Shown one piece after another: positions 47,301 through 55,147 of a DNA stretch of 64,000 nucleotides. The stretch is taken from contig CAJINV010000001.1 of assembly GCA_905178155.1 (NCBI GenBank), positions 16,306,142 through 16,370,141 on the forward strand. Reading direction: 5' to 3'. This DNA comes from Amoebophrya sp. A120. Lineage: Eukaryota; Protista; Dinoflagellata. Each line of letters begins with the position of its first letter. Positions within the stretch are counted from its first letter, which is position 1. The notes below the pieces were generated by a model that saw only the letters and a list, made by a program, of their open reading frames with translations, did no database searches and was not told the origin of the DNA. A program made the position numbers and the translations under genes.

Positions 47301-50300
47301 AGCCACGACTACAAGAAACGGAGACGCTTCGACCTGCGCATCAAGATCCTACGCAAGGAAGTTCGGCGCCTCGGCGCCGCCCTCGACCCAGACGATGACG
47401 CAGCGGGCGCAGTTTATCAGGAAAAGTGTGAGCTTTTAGCCAGTGTCATTGCAGAGCGTGTGGAATTCCGCAAGACCCAGTCCTCCGACTTCAACACGGA
47501 CTACCACACCAGGGCGCAGCGCACGCTGAAGCGGAGGCTTGCAAAGGGTGTTGATTTCGATCCTGAGACTGCGGCGAAGCACTTCCAAGCCGTCAGTGTC
47601 TCGCCCGGGGTTCCTAACGTTGAGCTTGTTCGCAGCGCTGTGCAGCCCCTTGACGACACCAGCAGGGAAACACTTTTAAAGGAGTTCTCCATCGAGGAGT
47701 GCATGTCCGCCGCCAAGCGTCGCCGCAACAGCCTACAAGTAGACGTCGTTGGCGATTCCATTGCGCTGTACAAAGCTTTGAACGCCGGGGCCTGGGCAGT
47801 GATTGTCCGGATCCTGAACCACCACCGGCTGACCAACTTTGTGGGGCTCCTTGGCGAAAACCCGCAGGACCAGCAAGTTCTTGCCGCCACTGTCCGGCTG
47901 CTCTACAAGGGAAAAGGCGCCGAGACTAGTCTTGATAATTTTCGTGGCATCGTGAATACCTCGATTATTGTTAAAGTGCTGACGGCTGTTTTAACAGATC
48001 GGCTTGATGCCTGCCTTCGTTCCTGTGGTTTTCTTTCTGGGCGCCAGCATGGGTTTCGCAGGCACTACCAAGTGGACGAAGCGGTTTTTTTGGCGCGTCG
48101 GGCGTGTGAGGATGCCCTGCGTGTTTTCGGGAAGGGGAGCAGTGTCGGCAATTTGTCGCTGCTGCTCCTTCTTGACATCAGGAAAGCCTACCCCAGTTTC
48201 CCGTGGAAGATCTGGAAGGGAATCATCCGCGGGCTCGGTGTTGAGGACTCTTTTTTCGACTCCCTCTTCAGCATCGTCCACCGCCGAACTAGCTACCAGG
48301 TTCTCTGTGGTGACAAACCAAGCGACCCGTTTTTTTTAGACAGCGGCTTCGGAGAGGGACAGATAAGCTCTCCCAGTTCGTACTCCCTCGCCTACGAGTG
48401 TGTTCTACGTGTTGTGCGACAAGTGTTGACCGAGAGGCTTTCCAGATCTTCGTCGCTGCTTCTTTGGTCCCCGCGTGCGCCGTTTGCTTTCGTTCCAGGA
48501 GTGAAGCCGGGTACGGGGTTGCGATCGGTATTTGACCTCCTACACCCGGGGTCGGCCTCCCTTGTCGTCGACAAGATGACCGAGTGGGAATTCGCCGACG
48601 ATACGCTGATCCCGGCCCTCCTTCTACATTGTCTGATAAATTTTTTCGGTTGGGAAGCAACTGCGGATGAGGCTGCTGTAGCGGCGAACCGGGGGAAGTT
48701 TGATTTTGTCCTTGCGTCAAACCCAGAAGTCTCTGCTTTCGTCCGGTATCTCGGGGCGTTTCTGGATCGCCGCGAGGATTCCTCGCGCAGAATTGGAAAG
48801 ATGCTTGCGGCACTTGGCGAAGTTGACTGTGTCCCTGCCGCGGGGGACACGGTCACTGATGTGCGGATAAACATCATGTCGCGGGTGCGCAGCAGGGGGC
48901 TCTTTGCGATTGGGACGAGGGAGATTACGCAACAGGAAATAAAATCGCATCAGGTCATCGAGAATCAGGCTCTTCTGCGCCTTGCCGGCCAACCGCGTTG
49001 GTCGTTGCGCCGCTTCCACCTGCCGCTGGCCCGCCTTCGTCGGTGGTACCACATGGACCCAGCGTGCGCGATGATCCGCTACTCACAGTGTTCGCACGTC
49101 GGCCACATAGTGCGGTCCGATCCTGGTCGACTCTCTCGGAAAGCGTTTTTTGGAATGTTGACCTTCGGCCTGCCATGTCTTGAAGACCACTACTTGCACA
49201 GGCGGACCGGGCAGATTTCTCTCTGGGACAACGTGCGTGATTCCTTGAAGCTTGTATGCGGTGAGCGGTCTGACACGCAATACCTGACCCTGATGCAGTC
49301 CCGGCCGCATTTCAACGCCTTGCTTTATGAGCTTCGCATTTTTTTGACGATTGAAGACTACCTCACTGATGACGGCGTCACTGATCAGCAGCTTGCCGAC
49401 GCTCGGAAGTGGTGGGCTGAGCACTTTGCGAAGCGCCAGAACTCGCTGCCGATTGATGTCAATTGCCGCTCTGGATTTTCGTGGTTTAGCCAAGACGGCC
49501 GATCATTCACCGATGAAGTGCTGGCCAAGATTCATGTCGAGACTACTGTTCCCGGCTCTACCAACTTCTCGCGGTGCAGAAGATGCAGTGTTGATGCCTG
49601 CGACAAGTGGGACACACGTTTTACCCCGAAGTTCCTGAACGACTACGCCTGCACGCCCTACATTCCTTCCCCCCGACCTGAGACACGGTGGAAGACTGCC
49701 GAGTTCCGCGATATCAGGCAAGTTGTTGGGCATGACAGTGGTGTCTCCATTCATTGCGAGAACCCGGCGCCCGCGGTTGGGGATGCCAGTGGTGCTGACC
49801 TGTCCTTCTTCCGCCGCGATGACATCGTGAACACCGTCTACGAGAAAGTGCGCGCGGTGCACGCTGAAAAGCCTCCTGACCCCCCGAAGAAGTTGCCGCC
49901 GCTCACGAAGTTAGTGCAGTCCATCGAAGTTGAGCAGTTCCGTGACGTATTGTTCCCCCCCACAGACCAGTCTGGCGACGCATCTTCCTCCAACCTCCGC
50001 TTTGCCTCAAGCACCCCTCCGGACGACCATCTGCAGCTGACGAGGTACCTTGAGGAGCAGCATGCTGCGATTTGCCGTGAGATTGAGGAGTATCCGTTTT
50101 TCATCACTCATCGCTACGACCATGGGAGTAAAGCGATCGCATCGGTTCGCTGCGTTTGCCAGGAGTGCCGCGACTTTGTCCTGCGCAAGCGAGCGAAGGG
50201 GCCACGGGGTAGAGCTGCGTCCGAGTCCTCTTCCGTTTCGATTTCGGAGTCTGCAGATGGCGATGGTGTTGACGCAGGTAACGAGTCTGATGATGAATTT

Positions 50301-50999
50301 GTGTTGGAGATAGGGCGTGGCGCTGGGGATGCTCTTGCTCTGTCCCCCGACCATGAGGTTCCGGAAGACGATGACGAAGACCCGACGACCCTCAAGATGC
50401 TTGTCCCCGTTGATCAGCAGCGGTTGTTCGCCAATTTGAAGACTGCGTTCCGACACATGCGATACAAGAAGCAGAAGCAGGCAGAGGCGGACTTCAGTGC
50501 ATTAATTCCGGCCCCCCCCAAGAAACCCAAGGAAACTACGACCAGTGCGAAACCTGCGCGGGCCCTCGACGTTGACGCCCCTCCGCAGCGGACCAAGAAG
50601 CTGATGCCGTCGCAAGCCCTTGACTCGGAGCTGCATCCTGAGCAGCGCGTCGTCGATGTTTCTGCCGGCAGCGCCCACACTGTCGACGAGGACCCGCCCA
50701 TGCAGCTCCCCAAGGGCATCACGTGGTGCACGTCCATGCCTGGAGCTGCGTCGCGTGCTTTTGGCGGGGTGCTTCTCGTTAGGGTGACGAACGCGAAGCT
50801 GCCCGATGGGTCTACGCACCACGTATCCCGACACATCGATCCAGCCGCGTACGGGAACAGTGCGTCGCTCGCGATTGAAGCGGCAATTGCACTACGAACC
50901 CAGATCACACTTGACCCTGCCCCCTTCATTGCGAAAACGAAGCGGATGCGAAAGCCGAAAAAGAAGAAAAGTGGTGGTGGTGTGGACGTTCGTAGGTAG
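44388..50999 (+). CDS. retrotransposon polyprotein: cold-shock domain - coiled coil - AP endonuclease - reverse transcriptase - split Zn finger - AP2-like domain
   Basis: CSD KGYGFI/DLFVH (~44547-44905). APE NIITVNFQG, SAYAP, VGGDN, LDQF, LDH (~46050-47000). RT LLYKGKG..NFRGI, QHGFR, LLDIRKAY, FADD (48591), YLG (48747). CxCxxC...F.....RH. C-terminal LPKGITW...YG...A...AIALR. Confidence 0.92.
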   Translation: MAPQLEVPSSAFFPGQQQITPINDKCDGENTEDEDMDHTPAKQLSAGIAPQVGMRMVGTIVREIFHKVKDKDGNVIRVGDSKGYGFIRPHKQLSLENFLGHKTGGRFTNFVSVSPDFIAELSELSREFKSKNDLFVHKRSVVEGDWGVGCVAEFTVAPGREEGKLEARMVQILAVDPRCPTLDALAKKVQWLEGQLKLSNKKSNDAVATAEAARVTSAQAAAKVHQVETSTSQRLGKLEAGVEESAQVARDTKRDVEAVKKEVVTQQSTLAEILLHVKQNSAASAQPAKRNEDEDEGIASAPSCEQSSSSCSSSSSSSQLCLNNLNSHISSSQVIPAMTRDVRWPALELLKRQTHSSRAGDQVAAPRRLFAGAAAGDDEFDENLDVNNFDNEDFEQQQPDDKESSCLSCRLSELSVAVQSDFVDSPQNENQTTNGNPYICETSDLSQQPASAIVERASAAGPSHTRQLVSHAFNALCSLGRHDSVIAVSDTSPKTPDRRWPATSTVPAVNEAQCDPFVTPPPRTRTIWDPGIRTAEKDTTARNSRRIRRSRRKGFFANIITVNFQGKHQSKQREQILQHFSEVHSLGGPHIDAILGTEFSYDANAADGPPDSFSTTLDTDGRWLTLWICGAAIIVYNKQWIKQILRGNFRVHSQPRIIALRLPFLALCSAYAPADGSKAGQGVCLAFDIFLGNLEIVLGKIRKPLRTGSTPLLVKLNTAAKPPGLPDPTFDASANSSLRCPVFVGGDNLGTVGSPDSRNRRGYCGGQTAGQFGLDDTNGRGVEVLRFGDDYGLANVNVLYDHRESKKFVQWRPSLLWHAQDRATHYSKRILRWRELDQFYVTSCDVPSITVCATVTSPLGLDHRHKFLRAFIEFSYQRRNIDRRAKQDRTEVDASAPLWRATPSAKHQFSAAVVQALCPEPDSAADVSSPVADPTPQTPLDIPISRIPEALVAARGILAGSAQQELNRYNRSHDYKKRRRFDLRIKILRKEVRRLGAALDPDDDAAGAVYQEKCELLASVIAERVEFRKTQSSDFNTDYHTRAQRTLKRRLAKGVDFDPETAAKHFQAVSVSPGVPNVELVRSAVQPLDDTSRETLLKEFSIEECMSAAKRRRNSLQVDVVGDSIALYKALNAGAWAVIVRILNHHRLTNFVGLLGENPQDQQVLAATVRLLYKGKGAETSLDNFRGIVNTSIIVKVLTAVLTDRLDACLRSCGFLSGRQHGFRRHYQVDEAVFLARRACEDALRVFGKGSSVGNLSLLLLLDIRKAYPSFPWKIWKGIIRGLGVEDSFFDSLFSIVHRRTSYQVLCGDKPSDPFFLDSGFGEGQISSPSSYSLAYECVLRVVRQVLTERLSRSSSLLLWSPRAPFAFVPGVKPGTGLRSVFDLLHPGSASLVVDKMTEWEFADDTLIPALLLHCLINFFGWEATADEAAVAANRGKFDFVLASNPEVSAFVRYLGAFLDRREDSSRRIGKMLAALGEVDCVPAAGDTVTDVRINIMSRVRSRGLFAIGTREITQQEIKSHQVIENQALLRLAGQPRWSLRRFHLPLARLRRWYHMDPACAMIRYSQCSHVGHIVRSDPGRLSRKAFFGMLTFGLPCLEDHYLHRRTGQISLWDNVRDSLKLVCGERSDTQYLTLMQSRPHFNALLYELRIFLTIEDYLTDDGVTDQQLADARKWWAEHFAKRQNSLPIDVNCRSGFSWFSQDGRSFTDEVLAKIHVETTVPGSTNFSRCRRCSVDACDKWDTRFTPKFLNDYACTPYIPSPRPETRWKTAEFRDIRQVVGHDSGVSIHCENPAPAVGDASGADLSFFRRDDIVNTVYEKVRAVHAEKPPDPPKKLPPLTKLVQSIEVEQFRDVLFPPTDQSGDASSSNLRFASSTPPDDHLQLTRYLEEQHAAICREIEEYPFFITHRYDHGSKAIASVRCVCQECRDFVLRKRAKGPRGRAASESSSVSISESADGDGVDAGNESDDEFVLEIGRGAGDALALSPDHEVPEDDDEDPTTLKMLVPVDQQRLFANLKTAFRHMRYKKQKQAEADFSALIPAPPKKPKETTTSAKPARALDVDAPPQRTKKLMPSQALDSELHPEQRVVDVSAGSAHTVDEDPPMQLPKGITWCTSMPGAASRAFGGVLLVRVTNAKLPDGSTHHVSRHIDPAAYGNSASLAIEAAIALRTQITLDPAPFIAKTKRMRKPKKKKSGGGVDVRR

Positions 51000-52100
51000 T
51001 GTGTACGTTAGTAGCTAGCGTTGTAGCCTGGGGGAGTGCGTTTTTTAGTTAGAAGTCCGCTGATGTTTCTGCCTGTGTGCAGTTGCACTTGAAAAAACTA
51101 TTTGCAGCTACAAAAATAATAAAAAACACAAAAAAAAAACCGTAACTTTCTAGTAGTGCAGTCTCTCTGCCTCTCTACAGCAAGGTAAAAGTCAAACTAT
51201 CTGTGTTTGGCTTTCTTTTTTCTTTTACCTTTCTTTTTCTCAGTTGAGAGCTTTGTGAGTCCGCAACACGATGGTGTGCTGATGAGTGACGAGTGACGTC
51301 GTGTTTTGTCTCTCTTGGTAACACCGTTGTTGATGATCTTATGATGCTATTTATTACACGAATGCTTGGTTTAAAGTTTTACCTGATTTCCATTCTAAAC
51401 TTGGTCGCCGGGAAGGGACCGAGGTACGTGTTAAAGGCTTCGCGCTTTGTAGTTAAAGTCTTACAAGCTCTGAGGATCCATCGTGCTCGCCTTGTCCCGA
51501 TGCTATGGTGGAAAAACAGACTCACTAACGAGAGCGAAAATCCAAAAAAGCTGTTGTTTTCCATGATCTCACACGTATCGCCTTGTCCCCGTCTAAAACT
51601 GCAGTTTTGATAGTTCAGGTAGTAGAAAGTGCGTGAGTTTTTTTTCTGCGAAAAGACCAATCCTACGTAGACGGGAACGTGACGACTTCGACAAATCACG
51701 ACTTGTAGCCGGTTTGAGGGTTTTCACATGACGAAGACCATTATTCTGACCTATTGCCGTGTAGTTTTTTTTTTGATTGAAATCCAAAATCTGAAAGCTT
51801 AGTTTTGTTTTAGCTCCCCCAGGCCCGCTCCTCGGAGCATAGTTTTTTCAAACCTTTCCAATGTAGCTCCTCGGAGCATAGTCTTCTCGCCCATTCCAGC
51901 TCAGCTCTTCGGAGCCTATTCTTTTAGTCCTCTCTAGTCTGCAAAAGGGTTTAGTTAATTCTGTTTCAGCTCCAAACTTCTGACAAACGCAAATCTGTTT
52001 TACGGCCGACGTGGTGGTTAGGATTGCCTGACTGCTGCGTTGAGCCCAGCTTGTGTGACGGCGTCACGTGGGCTGACACCTCTGATCTGATCTGATCATC
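51000..52100 (+). ncRNA. structured 3' UTR / RNA domain of the retrotransposon
   Basis: Several long-range inverted complements (11-13 bp, perfect) and local hairpins whose G-U pairs only form on the + strand. Confidence 0.6.
51827..51920 (+). repeat. three tandem GCTC(C/T)TCGGAGC tetraloop-hairpin repeats, period 38-39 nt
   Basis: GCTCCTCGGAGCATAGT at 51827 and 51866; GCTCTTCGGAGCCTATT at 51904. Confidence 0.85.
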
Positions 52101-52296
52101 GGCGCTTGTTTCTTTCAGGCCACTTCTGAGTACTTGTGCAGCTAGAACTGCAAAAACTCTATTCGGAGCACCTAGACACTCGGCTTGCTGCAAGTGAGGA
52201 GAACAGGAAATTAGGCAAAGGACCTGCTAAGAAGCAGCTGCGCGGTTGTGTCCCCGAATAAGTAGACTCTCGTGGGCTGCCACCGCGTCGACGAAG

Positions 52297-54491
52297 ATGT
52301 CTTCGTTTCCTCGGAGGACAACCGGTGGGGTGCGGCGTTTCGCCGAGGATCCCAGTGCTATGGCACCGCCCGGCACGCGGCCCATTACCGTCGAGAACGC
52401 ATTCCCGGTCTTCTCCAGTGCGGAAGGATTACCACTCGACCGCGTCACTGTATCTTCGAACTCATTGCTTTTTGTGTTCAAGGCAAAAAGGGGAGATTCT
52501 CAAAAAGATTAGCGGTAGATTCACAACAGAGACCGAACCATCGAGATCGGCCGAATCTTTCTTCAATCTTTTTACAAGGCCGTATCAAAAAATTCAGGTA
52601 AGCAATACGGTTTTCGAGTTTTGGAGTTACGAGCAGCTGGAGCCGCTGAGCGCCGCCGTACTTGCGCGCCGGGTTGCCGCCCTGCAGGAGAAACTCCGCG
52701 ACTGTGGTTTCGTAGACCAGGGCGCGCCGCGAAGCCGCCAGACGGCTGATCTGACGCGATACCTGATCGTGAAACAGGCATTTCTCGCCTGTGAGGCCAA
52801 CCAAGTGAAAGCCACCGCTCGGGAAATCGCCAAGATGCTCCGCAGGTTCGGGTGTCCCGAGGCGTTTGTGATCGCCGAGACGCGGACACCGACCCCCGGT
52901 GTGAGCCAATCACAGCAACAACTTGGAGAACTTCAAGTGCCGCAGAGCCCGCGGTCCGCAAGATCTGATTCACCCGACGGGCATCGGGAGCATTTCACAC
53001 CAACGGGTAGCAAGAGCATTACTTTGTGAGGATTTATTCGTCGCACCTCTACATGGATATGGACATGCAAAAGTTGCAATTCCGTCCGAAGCGTGAGCGC
53101 AGGACAGCAGCTGTGGCTGTTTTTCTCCGGAAACGTTTTTTTCGAAAAATGCACATTAAATTCTAAATTAGGTGCTTATGGCGATCGGCGGGACGACATG
53201 AAATACGGCCACATGGAGGATACGAGGATGGAAGACGGGTTGGCGCGCGTGGTCGGCCACGGAAAGCGGCATGTTGAGGTTCCGGACCACATAAGACCCA
53301 AGGCCCGCTCCGTGGACGTGCAAGAGGAGAGAACAGGGTAAGGGCTTAGCTGGCAATCGATTGTGAATCAATTTTTCCACGAAATGCACGACTTAGAGTC
53401 CTCTCTACTTGCGTTTTTTCATACTCTTGACATTAAGTTTTTGCAGTGCGTCTGCCTCCAGTAATCGAAAAATGTATCGCATGACAGACGCCTAAGTCAA
53501 GCACTGGGGCACGACGATGACGGTGCTGCGGGCTACCCTAAACTGCGCGATCCGTCACCAAGAAACAAGCGCGCGGATCCTGTTTTGCGCAACGCCTCGC
53601 ATTTCAACGGCTGCGTTCTTGATCCGGGCAGACCAGAAGATCTCATGCGATCGGTACTTGCTTTGCTTACTCAACATTTTTGTGCTTTCGAGATTATCAC
53701 GCCGCGTCAATGGCAGATCTCCGGTAACACAATCTTTGTAGCTATGCCGAACACTCCATTTTTCCTGAACAGCGCATGAACTCGCAGTATGCGGACGCGC
53801 CTGAGAAAGTGTTCGGCGCGAGGCTAACCAACTCCGAGCAGCGAAAGCGCTACCACGCGCCAAGACCTAGCGACTACGTTGTCTTTCCCGCTGGAGAACC
53901 ACTATCGGGAGACGTCATTACGGAGCAGTACTTGAAGTCATTTTCTCGAATGCATTTTTACGGCTGACAGTGCGTACTTTTATCTTCTCTTCCATCAACG
54001 TGCGCTCATCTTCATCAACATCATTTGTTTGGGCGGGCTTTTACTTCAGAATGTAAATTTTGTGAAGCTGCGCTCATGGATCACTGAAAGGTGCCATCGG
54101 ACCGGTGAAGTGCGAACTTGGAAGGCTCCGTACGACGATCGAGTGGCCGGAACAACAAAAAAGTAGTAAGCTTTTTTTGCAGCTTCTGCAATTGCTAGCG
54201 TGCACGAATACACATCTAGTGATTTGCATGCCTACTTAGTTATCGAAATAGACACAACACTGCTTGAAGAGCACTTACTGTCTCAGTCTTCGAGCTTGCT
54301 TTTCCCATGGATACAGGCGGGTCCAGATGGACGACCACGCTCACTGCCTCGGCGTGTTTGAGACGGACGGAATAAAAAACGAGGCTATACCCGGGACCGG
54401 CCACGGACGCAAGTACATCGACCGCGTGTTGGGTCCTCAGCTCAAAACTGAGCGCGGACATCTCGCTTCCTTCCGCCCGCACCGTGGTTAA
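52297..54491 (+). CDS. multi-exon hypothetical protein with GHG(K/R)(R/K)H/Y..DH-type repeats
   Basis: Phase-compatible GT-AG introns 52450-52597, 53007-53171 and 53338-53487; later junctions are less certain. GHGKRHVEVPDH and GHGRKYIDR repeats. Confidence 0.55.
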
Positions 54492-55147
54492 CCTCGCTCG
54501 TGGAAGTAGTACTGCAACTACAGTACGACTTCTCAACGCGAAGATGACGCACGCACTCAGAGTCTAGCCTGGTGCTCGTCGTTTCCAAGAAACCAAAACA
54601 ATTAGAAAGATTTTGATTATAGATTTACATAAACGCAGTGTCGTTTGGTGGATCACCAAGCTATGCTTCGCGCCTAGGTCAATCTCTCGATGTTCTTCCC
54701 CACTGTCGTGTGTGCTCTTGCCGCGAGGCGGACCAAAATAGCAACTGCACCTCAGTGTGCCGTCGGAAATCTTGTTATCCCAGTATGCTTACATCAATGA
54801 GGGGACGAGGATTTTCTAGCCAGGCGCTGAATCAAACCGCGAGAGAAAGAAAAGGCAAAGCAGGGATTCATCCAGTACAGAGCGCCTAAATCTTTGACCG
54901 GAGAAGACAAAATTGCTGAGCGATGGAGTTACATGTGAAAAATTCTCGAGGAGGGCGAGGGTTACATACCCGCGCAAGTGCGATGGCATTCTGGTTTCTC
55001 GCCAATTGACGTTGTTGCACGTGGTTGTAATACAATGACTTTCGAAAACTAAATCTTCACAAGAAGGGTGCGAACATCAAAAAGTTCGCAGCTGTATGTT
55101 GTACTTGTGACAGGAGGTTGCCTCGTCACGACAAGCAGTTTTCTTCG

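Larger units (their letters stand above)
43940..52200 (+). mobile_element. non-LTR retrotransposon (APE-RT type), apparently intact; ends approximate
   Basis: Intronless 6.6-kb ORF with APE and RT domains, flanked by structured non-coding 5' and 3' regions that lie between two host genes. No convincing target-site duplication was found. Confidence 0.85.

Noticed and set aside
51111-51139. Poly(A) tail marking the LINE 3' end
   Set aside because: No matching TSD was found, and the A-run has exact complements downstream within a larger paired region. Not excluded, but not accepted.
51279-51305. Hammerhead ribozyme core CTGATGA
   Set aside because: No stem II followed by GAAA.
51827-51920. CRISPR-like repeat-spacer array
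   Set aside because: Only three 17-nt units, the linkers resemble each other, there are no cas genes and the context is eukaryotic. Better explained as tandem hairpin repeats.
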